Shown here one piece after another: positions 9,142 through 16,772 of a stretch of 64,000 nucleotides of DNA. The position numbers and the translations under genes are program-made. The notes beneath the pieces are model-generated. The model did no database searches. It saw only the letters and a list, made by a program, of their open reading frames with translations, and was not told the origin of the DNA. The DNA is taken from NCBI GenBank assembly GCA_041649575.1, contig JBAZMW010000002.1, forward strand, positions 78,159 through 142,158. The letters are read 5' to 3'. Source of the stretch: Patescibacteria group bacterium (lineage in GTDB: Bacteria; Patescibacteriota; Patescibacteriia; 2-01-FULL-39-33). The first letter of the stretch is position 1; each line of letters opens with the position of its first letter.

Positions 9142-10173
9142 TTGAGTTTTATGTCATTATCTAAAGCGGAGGCTAAAATTCTGCAGTCAATTATTGTGTC
9201 TTCAGAAAATAATCCCAGTCGACCAGAATTTCCGGCCGATGATCCTAAATTTCCCGCCACCCCAACTTATAAAATTAAAGTGCCAGGCTTTTCTAATGTT
9301 TGGCTCAAAGATGAAAGCCATAATCCCACCGGAACCCATAAAGATCGGATGGCTTGGGAAATAATTGTTACTTATCGTGATTTTTTATTGACCCAAAAAC
9401 GAGGGCAAATTAAAGGTATTCTACCGGCCGTGTCAATTATTTCCTCTGGATCGGCGGCTGTCGCCATCCAAACACAACTACGGAAATATCATTTGCCAAA
9501 TCTCAAAGTTTTAGTCGACTCTTATCTTAATCAGGAAATTGTAAATTCACTCAAAAAAATTGGCTGTAGAATTTATAAAACTGATTTAAGCAAAAAACCA
9601 TTTCATTGGAAGGAAATTTTAGAGTTGACTCATAATCCAAATGGTTTTGATATTACTTCTAATGAGGCTTTAGACCCGGCTATGAGATTTTATGACTGGC
9701 TAAGTTATGAGATAATTAATAATTCACCAGACTATTGTTTTATTCCTTTCGGTACCGGCAATCTTTATGAGAATATTTTGAATATTAATAAAAAAGAAGT
9801 TTCAACTAAAAATCATGACCCTCGATTCAAGGGTAAGGTTGAAATTCTTAGGAATTGTAATTTTTTTGGCGTGACGACAAATAATCCAAGATCCCGAGCC
9901 GAAAAACTTTATTCGCCTCACTTGCCTTTTGTCCATTACGATGAGCAGTGGATTAGGCTGTATCGGCATGCCGGTTATTGTGGTCCAAAATCAAATGTTT
10001 ATTTATTGAAGGAGCAATATCTTAATGAGGCAATGAAAATTGCCGTTGCTCAAAAGATAAATTATGAGCCTTCTGGTATCTCTGGACTGGCCTTGCTTCT
10101 ACAAATAAAAAATAAACTTCCTAAAAATAAGAAGATTTTAGTTATTAATACTGGGAAAACTAAATATATTTAG
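9142..10173 (+). CDS. PLP-dependent enzyme, fold type II (threonine synthase / TrpB-like superfamily), divergent
   Basis: LKDESHNPTGTHKDRMAW matches the K-x-E-x-x-NPTGSFKDR PLP-lysine motif. Gly-rich SSGSAAVA, FGTGN and C-terminal EPSGISGLA are consistent with ThrC/CysK-like folds. Confidence 0.5.
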   Translation: MSFMSLSKAEAKILQSIIVSSENNPSRPEFPADDPKFPATPTYKIKVPGFSNVWLKDESHNPTGTHKDRMAWEIIVTYRDFLLTQKRGQIKGILPAVSIISSGSAAVAIQTQLRKYHLPNLKVLVDSYLNQEIVNSLKKIGCRIYKTDLSKKPFHWKEILELTHNPNGFDITSNEALDPAMRFYDWLSYEIINNSPDYCFIPFGTGNLYENILNINKKEVSTKNHDPRFKGKVEILRNCNFFGVTTNNPRSRAEKLYSPHLPFVHYDEQWIRLYRHAGYCGPKSNVYLLKEQYLNEAMKIAVAQKINYEPSGISGLALLLQIKNKLPKNKKILVINTGKTKYI

Positions 10174-10221
10174 ACATAGGCGGTGTTTTGATATAAAATA
10201 ATTTAAAAATATTAATTTATC

Positions 10222-11520
10222 ATGCGTATCCAAATAAATCACATTGGTAAAATGGAAGGCCACACGGACTTCGTGGCCGAGATTTTGAAAGGTGATGTCA
10301 AATCAGCCAAACTGATGACCACCGAAGGTGCTCGTCTGATAGAGGGCATTTTGGTCGGCCGTAATTTTTACGAGGCGCCGATTATCACTTCTCGCATCTG
10401 TGGTATCTGCCCGGTGGTTCATAAAATTTCCTCCATTAGGGCGCTGGAGAACGCTTTAGCTATTAAGCCCAGTGAACAGACAATTAAATTAAGAAAACTA
10501 ATGCTGATGGCGCAAACCATTCATAGCCACGCCTTACATTTGTTTTTTTTGTCTTTGCCGGATTTTTTCAACCTATTGGACGACTTTAAATTTATTGCCA
10601 ACCATAAAAAAGAAACTGATTGCGCTATTAAGGTGCGTGAGTGGGCTTTGAAAGTTATTGAAACTGTTGGCGGACGGGCGGTACATCCGATTGCTTGTGA
10701 AGTTGGTGGCTTTAAGGTTTTGCCCGACAAAAAAGAATTGAAAGATTTGGCTGATCAATACGAAAACATTCTAAAACAGGCACTGTGTCTGGTGAATCTG
10801 ACTATCAAAATAAAATTTCCCAAATTTAGCCGGCCCACGACCTTCATTTCTTTGACCAATGAAAAAGAATACGCCTTTTATGATGGCGATATTAAAATTT
10901 TAAATAAAAATGGCCAGACAAGGATTATTAAGGCCAAAGATTTTACCAAGAATATTAAGGAGATCGAAGAGCCCTATCGCGCCGCCAAATCGGCTGAGTT
11001 AAAGGGTGAGCCGTTTATGGTCGGCGCTTTGGCGCGACTAAATAACAATCATAGCCAATTGAATCACTTGGCCAAGGGAATTCAAAAAGGTTTAAAATGG
11101 AAGTTCCCGCAGTATAATTCTTTTGAAAATATTACCGCCCAGGCTATTGAAATCGTCCATTGTCTAGAGGAAGCCAAAAAATTACTTGACGATTTAGTTA
11201 AAAATTTGAAAAATGAGACCAGTCAGGCCGAGAAGCTCGGCTTAATTGGTCAGGCCAATCCCTTGGGACGTGAGACAAGTGGCTGTGACGCCAGCGAGGC
11301 GCCGCGTGGCACCTTGTATCATTATTACGCCATTGATAAAGACGGCTATATCAAGGATTGTCAGATTATCACGCCGACGGTGTCTTTTTTAAAAAATTTG
11401 GAAGCAGATATTATTGCCTATATCCCGGATTTGAAAAAAATGTCGCCCGAAAAATGTTCACGCAAAATCCGCGCCCTTATTCGCGCCTATGATCCTTGTA
11501 TTAGTTGCGCCACACATTAA
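10222..11520 (+). CDS. [NiFe]-hydrogenase group 3b large (alpha) catalytic subunit; ends exactly at the C-terminal His of the DPCxxCxxH motif
   Basis: N-terminal Ni-binding motif RICGICPVVH and C-terminal DPCISCATH followed directly by a stop codon. Confidence 0.85.
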   Translation: MRIQINHIGKMEGHTDFVAEILKGDVKSAKLMTTEGARLIEGILVGRNFYEAPIITSRICGICPVVHKISSIRALENALAIKPSEQTIKLRKLMLMAQTIHSHALHLFFLSLPDFFNLLDDFKFIANHKKETDCAIKVREWALKVIETVGGRAVHPIACEVGGFKVLPDKKELKDLADQYENILKQALCLVNLTIKIKFPKFSRPTTFISLTNEKEYAFYDGDIKILNKNGQTRIIKAKDFTKNIKEIEEPYRAAKSAELKGEPFMVGALARLNNNHSQLNHLAKGIQKGLKWKFPQYNSFENITAQAIEIVHCLEEAKKLLDDLVKNLKNETSQAEKLGLIGQANPLGRETSGCDASEAPRGTLYHYYAIDKDGYIKDCQIITPTVSFLKNLEADIIAYIPDLKKMSPEKCSRKIRALIRAYDPCISCATH

Positions 11521-11558
11521 ATAGCATATAGCTTATGGCGTATAGCAAATAGTTTTTT

Positions 11559-11915
11559 ATGGCATTTAGATTCGAAAGTTTGGAGATTTGGAAAGAGGCG
11601 ATTAATTTTTCTAGTTCTACTTATAAAATTACTCGTCAGTTTCCCAAAGAAGAACTGTTTAGTTTATCTAGTCAGTTAAATCGGGCTGCGATTTCTATTT
11701 CGGCTAATATAGCCGAGGGCTCGGCAAGTGATAGTGTAAAAGAGTTTAGAATGTTTCTGAATATTTCCATTAGATCTGGCGTCGAAGTAATATCTGAATT
11801 ATTTATAGCTAAAGAAAGAAGCTATTTATCAGACGAAGAATTCGGCGAGTTATACAATACTGGAGAATTATTAATAAGAAGAATTTCCTCATTTCGCAAT
11901 CAATTAAAATTATAA
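11559..11915 (+). CDS. Four-helix-bundle protein (23S rRNA intervening-sequence protein family, TIGR02436/PF05635-like)
   Basis: Signature SSQLNRAAISISANIAEGSA; 118 aa. Family is common in CPR genomes. Confidence 0.75.
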   Translation: MAFRFESLEIWKEAINFSSSTYKITRQFPKEELFSLSSQLNRAAISISANIAEGSASDSVKEFRMFLNISIRSGVEVISELFIAKERSYLSDEEFGELYNTGELLIRRISSFRNQLKL

Positions 11916-11938
11916 ACCATAAGCTATAAGCCATCCTT

Positions 11939-12193
11939 ATGCACGATTTCCACTTAGCCGACATAATCTATAAAACAATTTTAGATTACGCCCAAAAAAA
12001 TAATTTGAAAAAAATCACCAAAGCGGTGATTGATTTGGGACAGATTATTGAGCATGGTGAGGAGGTGTTGGCGGAAAATTTGGATTTTAATATCAAAATG
12101 TTGGCCCAAGGTGGCCTGGCCGAAGGCTTAGAGCTGGTTATTAACAAAACAGCCGGTGATAGCTGGGTGCTAAAGGAAATAGAAGGAGTATAA
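11939..12193 (+). CDS. HypA-like hydrogenase nickel-incorporation protein lacking the C-terminal zinc-finger domain
   Basis: N-terminus MHDFHL (the MHE Ni-binding motif of HypA) and core similarity to HypA. Protein stops where the CxxC...CxxC Zn domain normally begins. Confidence 0.5.
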   Translation: MHDFHLADIIYKTILDYAQKNNLKKITKAVIDLGQIIEHGEEVLAENLDFNIKMLAQGGLAEGLELVINKTAGDSWVLKEIEGV

Positions 12194-12202
12194 TTTATTT
12201 TT

Positions 12203-13384
12203 ATGAAAGTAAAATCAATCAGGCAATTAAAAAAATTTCAGGGCAAAAAAGTTTTGCTAAGAGTTGATTTTAATGTTTCCTTGGGAGCCAATCATAGGGT
12301 TGATAAAGCGGAAGATTACCGGATTGTCAAAACCTTGCCGACCATAAAATTTTTGACCAGTCGCGGTGCCAGAGTGATCATTATGGCCCATTTGGGCCGA
12401 CCACATGGCAAAATAGTGGAAAACTTGCGTTTAAAACCGGTAGCCGAAAAATTGTCAGAACTATTGAAGAAAAAAGTTTTGTATAGCAAAACCGTTTTAG
12501 GCGCCGAAACCAAACAATTAATCAAACAGATGAAGGCTGGCGATGTTTTAATGCTGGAAAATTTGCGTTTTGACATTCGGGAAGAGCGGGGAGACAAAAA
12601 TTTTGCTCGGCAGCTGGCGGAATTAGGCGATATCTACATCAATGAAGCTTTTGCCGACAATCACCGCCATCACGCTTCGACCGCCATCATTCAAGATTAT
12701 TTGCCGGCTTACGCTGGCCTGCTGCTGGAGCAAGAAATTCTGAATTTGACCAAAGTTCTAAAAAAACCCAAACAACCGCTGGTGGTGATAATCGGCGGTA
12801 CCAAGATGGAAACAAAAATAAGAGTTATTAAAAATTTTTCTAAAGTTGCCAAGAAAATTCTTTTGGGCGGCGCTTTGGCCAATACGGTTTTGCACGTGAT
12901 GGGCGTTAGCGTCGGCAGATCACCGGTGGAAAAATCAATGTTTTCCGAAGTCAAAAAATTTAAATTGACGGCCAATCAGATCGTGGTGCCTCTCGACGGC
13001 GTCATGGCCGCCAAAATCGACAGCCAAAAGGGCCGGATGGACGCTTTGGCAGACGTCAGAGATAATGAATTGATTTTGGATGTCGGTCCTGATACCATAA
13101 AACTCTATGAAAAAATCATCAAATCCGCTAAAATGGTAATGTGGAACGGGCCAATGGGGCTGATAGAAAATCCGGTTTTTGCCAAAGGCACCCAGGCGCT
13201 GATAAAAATTTTGGCCAATTCTTGCGCCGAAACCATCGTCGGTGGCGGCGAGACCGTGCAAATGATTCGGCAAATGAAATTAGAAAACAAATTTAATTTT
13301 GTTTCTACCGGCGGGGGAGCGATGCTGGAGTTTTTGGAGGGAAAAAAATTACCTGGGCTAAAAAAGTTGATTAAGAATTTATAA
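12203..13384 (+). CDS. pgk: Phosphoglycerate kinase
   Basis: 393 aa; motifs RVDFNVSL, MAHLGRP, GGGA..MLEFLEGKKLPG typical of PGK. Confidence 0.9.
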   Translation: MKVKSIRQLKKFQGKKVLLRVDFNVSLGANHRVDKAEDYRIVKTLPTIKFLTSRGARVIIMAHLGRPHGKIVENLRLKPVAEKLSELLKKKVLYSKTVLGAETKQLIKQMKAGDVLMLENLRFDIREERGDKNFARQLAELGDIYINEAFADNHRHHASTAIIQDYLPAYAGLLLEQEILNLTKVLKKPKQPLVVIIGGTKMETKIRVIKNFSKVAKKILLGGALANTVLHVMGVSVGRSPVEKSMFSEVKKFKLTANQIVVPLDGVMAAKIDSQKGRMDALADVRDNELILDVGPDTIKLYEKIIKSAKMVMWNGPMGLIENPVFAKGTQALIKILANSCAETIVGGGETVQMIRQMKLENKFNFVSTGGGAMLEFLEGKKLPGLKKLIKNL

Positions 13385-13390
13385 CTTTTT

Positions 13391-13428
13391 TGTCATTGCG
13401 AGCGGAGTGAAACGCAGCGAAGCAATCT
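13391..13428. repeat. Left arm of an inverted repeat flanking the GIY-YIG gene
   Basis: tgtcattgcgagcggagtgaaacgcagcgaagcaatct. Its reverse complement (with an internal ~10-nt deletion) is at 13737-13764. Confidence 0.75.
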
Positions 13429-13444
13429 TTTAGATAAGACAGAT

Positions 13445-13735
13445 ATGGCCAAATATTATTACGTTTATGTTTTGACTAATGCCAACAATTATGTTTTATA
13501 CACAGGAGTCACAAATAATTTGCAGAGAAGGTTATGGGAACACAAAAGCGGTAAGGCGGACGGTTTTACTAAAAAATATAAGTGTAAAAAATTGGTTTAT
13601 TATGAATATTCGGAGTCAATAGGCGCAGCCATAAATAGAGAAAAACAAATTAAGGCCGGCTCAAGAAAAAAGAAATTGGAATTGATAAACAATTTTAATC
13701 CGCAGTGGTTGGATTTGGGGCTGGAGATGTTTTAA
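13445..13735 (+). CDS. GIY-YIG nuclease family protein (small, 96 aa)
   Basis: YYVYVLTNANNYVLYTGVTNNLQRRLWEH carries the GIY-x10-YIG and R/E catalytic pattern. Confidence 0.8.
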   Translation: MAKYYYVYVLTNANNYVLYTGVTNNLQRRLWEHKSGKADGFTKKYKCKKLVYYEYSESIGAAINREKQIKAGSRKKKLELINNFNPQWLDLGLEMF

Positions 13736-13736
13736 G

Positions 13737-13764
13737 AGATTGCTTCGCTTTGCTCGCAATGACA
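13737..13764. repeat. Right arm of the inverted repeat flanking the GIY-YIG gene
   Basis: agattgcttcgctttgctcgcaatgaca is the reverse complement of the ends of 13391-13428. Confidence 0.75.
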
Positions 13765-13827
13765 AAATAAAACAGCCTACAATCAATGAATTAACTAAGA
13801 AAAATTAATAAATAACCAGAAATTTTT

Positions 13828-14616
13828 ATGGACGAACAAAAACTAGACTGCTGCCATAGCAGTAAATGCCATTGTGCCAAGTACGTAATTCTTGGCATCT
13901 TGGCCTTGGCCCTGATTGTTTACGTGGGCGTTTTAACCAGGAACGCCTGGCGGACTTACGATTATATCGGTAAGTCGCCCGATATTCAGGATAGGATTAC
14001 TGTCACCGGTACCGCCAAAGTCAGCGCCACGCCGGATGTGGCTGTGCTATACTTGGGAATTGTCAGCGAAGGCGCTACGGTTAATGCGGCGCAAAAAGGC
14101 GTCACCGAAAAAATGAATTCCATCATCGATTCTTTGAAAAAAGAATTTAAGATTGAGGCCAAGGATATTCAGACTCAAAATTTTAGTGTTAATCCCAAGT
14201 ACGACTGGAGCGACGGCAAGCAAAGAATTATCGGTTACAGCGCCAATCAAAGTGTTCAGGTAAAAGTCAGAGACTTTGACAAGACCGGTGATATTTTGGC
14301 CAAAGCGACCGATTTGGGCGCTAACACCGTTTCTGGTCCGAATTTTATAATCGACGATCCGGAAAAGGCCAAGGCCGAGGCCAGGGATAAAGCCATTGCC
14401 CAGGCCAAGGAAAAAGCCAGTTTGCTTGCCGATCAGGTTGGCATTAAGCTGGGCAGAATTGTTAATTTTTATGAAGGCGGCAATGAAATGCCTAATGCAG
14501 TTTACAGCCGTGATATGGCCATCGGTCTGGGTGAGACAAAGTCCGTTGCCCCGGTCATTGAACCAGGCAGCCAGGACGTGCAACTCACCGTCAGTATTAG
14601 TTATGAAATAAGATAA
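13828..14616 (+). CDS. SIMPL-domain protein (DUF541 / YggE-like) with an N-terminal Cys/His-rich segment and a TM anchor
   Basis: C-terminal KAKAEARDKAIAQAKEKASLLADQVG...VSISYEI resembles SIMPL/26 kDa periplasmic immunogenic protein. N-terminus CCHSSKCHC. Confidence 0.55.
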   Translation: MDEQKLDCCHSSKCHCAKYVILGILALALIVYVGVLTRNAWRTYDYIGKSPDIQDRITVTGTAKVSATPDVAVLYLGIVSEGATVNAAQKGVTEKMNSIIDSLKKEFKIEAKDIQTQNFSVNPKYDWSDGKQRIIGYSANQSVQVKVRDFDKTGDILAKATDLGANTVSGPNFIIDDPEKAKAEARDKAIAQAKEKASLLADQVGIKLGRIVNFYEGGNEMPNAVYSRDMAIGLGETKSVAPVIEPGSQDVQLTVSISYEIR

Positions 14617-14665
14617 CTTGTCACTTTTCTTTCTCTAGGAGAAAGAAAAGCTGATGCAAAAGAAA

Positions 14666-14754
14666 CCCGCCCGTGCCGAACGCCAGCCCGACAGATCATT
14701 CTGGCGGGGTACGTTCGGGCGGGGAGTCGCGAGCTAAATTTTCATTTAGCTCGC
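14666..14754 (+). promoter_or_regulatory. Two stable hairpins in the eno 5' region
   Basis: Hairpin 1: cccgcccg..cgaacg / cgttcgggcgggg with inner gccag/ctggc (14666-14724). Hairpin 2: perfect 11-bp stem gcgagctaaat-tttc-atttagctcgc (14729-14754). Neither is followed by a T-run. Confidence 0.4.
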
Positions 14755-14796
14755 AGGAAAAAAAATCAAAATCAAAAAAAATACTAAAACTTAATT

Positions 14797-16086
14797 ATGG
14801 CAAAAATCAAGTCAATTGCAGTGCGCGAAATTTTGGCTTCTGGCGGGGCGCCGAGTTTGGAAGCAAAAGTAATTTTAGAATCAGGGGCGACAGGAGTAGC
14901 CTCGGTCTCCTATGGAGCATCGGCCGGCAGTAAGGAAGCTTTTGTGATGCTTGACGGCGACAAAAATCGTTATAACGGCAAAGGCATGCTTAAGGCCAAA
15001 GAAAAAATCGATTTGATAATTGCTCCGGCTTTGATCGGCAAGGAGGCCAATGACCAAAGGGAGATCGACGAGCTGATGCTGCAACTGGATGGAACAATAA
15101 ACAAAGCCAATTTGGGCGGCAATTCTATTTTGGCGGTTTCGCTGGCGGTGGCCAGAGCCGCTGCCGCTGATAATGATTTACCGTTATATAAATATCTAAG
15201 AAAAGTTTTCGCTATCAGTCCAGCTTCTTTGACAAGCAACAGTTCGGAGTATTGGAAAATGCCCAAGCCGATGGTGGTAATGATCGAGGGCGGCAAACAC
15301 GCCGATGAAACCACCGACTTGCAAGAGTATTTAATTTCTTCCCTAGGCAACAGGAGCGCGGCAGAAAACGTGAGAATACAGATGGAGATTTATGAGGCCC
15401 TGAAAAAGATTCTAAAAAGAGAAGGATTGTCCACTAATGTCGGCAATGAGGGAGCTTTTGCGCCGGGCGGTATTGTTGGTAATGAAAAACCGATGGAATA
15501 TTTTGTCGAGGCCATAAAAAATGCTGGTTATACGCCCGGTGTTGATGCTGGTATTTCCATTGATGCCGCGGCCAGCGAGCTCTACAGCGAAGAAACAAAA
15601 AAGTATACCTTGGCGCTGGAGAAAAAAGAAATGACCTCGGAAGAATTAGTCGCTTATTATTTATCTTGGATAGATAAATACCCTTTCGTGTCCTGGGAAG
15701 ACATGCTCTCGGAGTTTGACTGGGAACATTGGCCAAAACTGGTGGAGGCGGTAAACAGTAAAATAATAATTATCGCCGACGATTTGACAGTGACCAATCT
15801 CAAGTTGTGGCAAAAAGCCATTGATGAAAAAGCAGCCACCGGGATTTTAATTAAGCTAAATCAGGCCGGTTCGGTGACCGAGACGGTGGATTGCTGTGTT
15901 TTGGCTCAAAAGCATGGTTTTTGGAAAGTGCCCTCTCATCGTGGCGGCGGAGAAACCAACGATACCTTTATGGTTGATTTGGCCGTAGCGGTTGGTGGTG
16001 AGTATATTAAAGTAGGCCCCACCAGAGGAGAAAGGGTTTGTAAATATAATCGGCTGATGGAGATAGAGGAGGAGATTAACGGCTAG
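14797..16086 (+). CDS. eno: Enolase
   Basis: 429 aa with canonical enolase motifs (SIAVREILASGGAPSLEAKV; LIKLNQAGSVTET; SHRGGGETND). Confidence 0.95.
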   Translation: MAKIKSIAVREILASGGAPSLEAKVILESGATGVASVSYGASAGSKEAFVMLDGDKNRYNGKGMLKAKEKIDLIIAPALIGKEANDQREIDELMLQLDGTINKANLGGNSILAVSLAVARAAAADNDLPLYKYLRKVFAISPASLTSNSSEYWKMPKPMVVMIEGGKHADETTDLQEYLISSLGNRSAAENVRIQMEIYEALKKILKREGLSTNVGNEGAFAPGGIVGNEKPMEYFVEAIKNAGYTPGVDAGISIDAAASELYSEETKKYTLALEKKEMTSEELVAYYLSWIDKYPFVSWEDMLSEFDWEHWPKLVEAVNSKIIIIADDLTVTNLKLWQKAIDEKAATGILIKLNQAGSVTETVDCCVLAQKHGFWKVPSHRGGGETNDTFMVDLAVAVGGEYIKVGPTRGERVCKYNRLMEIEEEING

Positions 16087-16123
16087 TATTAAAATATTTT
16101 TGCCTCAGTGGGTTAAGAGTTTT

Positions 16124-16169
16124 TTAAAAAAGAAAACTGCCTCATCCTGCGCGTGCGTAGGTGAGGCAG
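16124..16169 (-). terminator. Rho-independent terminator for the minus-strand gene at 16191-16631
   Basis: Stem ctgcctca...tgaggcag with the T-run on the minus strand (plus-strand aaaaaagaaaa at 16126-16136). Confidence 0.6.
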
Positions 16170-16190
16170 TCGTGAAGAACGGGTCGGCCA

Positions 16191-16631
16191 CTACTTTACG
16201 AAGTTGAAGTGGCCATAGCGCATGCCGCTGTGAAGCCACCCGACGATTGCTTCGCCCTTGTACTCGCCGTCAAGGACATGGGCCGTGAATAGCCAGGAGG
16301 CTTCCCTACGCTCTCCCAAAAAGTCCAACAGGAGACCGGTGATGCGAATCGTTACTGTTTTCAGGTTGAATTCGTCGCTGGTCGCCGTACGGATTTGCTC
16401 GTCGGTAGCGCTCAGGTTGGTCGTGGCATACTGCAGGAGGCAGTAAATCATCTGTCTACCATTGTATATCCTGAGCGAGTCTATTAGCGTCGCCTGGCCC
16501 GGACAGCTTGTCACGTGGTTTTCGAAGTGCTCCCGCTTTCTGTACTTTGAGTCGGTAAGCAGCTTTGTTAGGGCCAGCCGGACAGCCTCGTCAAGCTCCA
16601 CAAAGCAGCCATTTCGTTCATTTGTTGCCAT
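16191..16631 (-). CDS. Hypothetical protein, G+C-rich orphan gene (likely start at the second Met with a GGAGGTG Shine-Dalgarno sequence)
   Basis: ORF of about 146 aa (MATNERNGCF...) with strong RBS ggaggtgcctt-ATG. Composition is clearly G+C-richer than flanks. No recognisable domain. Confidence 0.45.
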   Translation of the reverse strand: MATNERNGCFVELDEAVRLALTKLLTDSKYRKREHFENHVTSCPGQATLIDSLRIYNGRQMIYCLLQYATTNLSATDEQIRTATSDEFNLKTVTIRITGLLLDFLGERREASWLFTAHVLDGEYKGEAIVGWLHSGMRYGHFNFVK

Positions 16632-16772
16632 AAGGCACCTCCATTTCTTGCTAACGTACACCAGTCTCACTCACAGAGGCGGAGACTTGCCTCCATATTC
16701 CGCTAGGCGGAACGACCCATCCATAAGAATGGGAATTAATATATTTTACTAAATAGAATAGTTTTTGTCAAG

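Noticed and set aside
14673-14933. 86-aa ORF overlapping the eno upstream region and start
   Set aside because: It runs through two strong hairpins and into the enolase coding region in another frame, and has no RBS. The region is better explained as structured 5' UTR.
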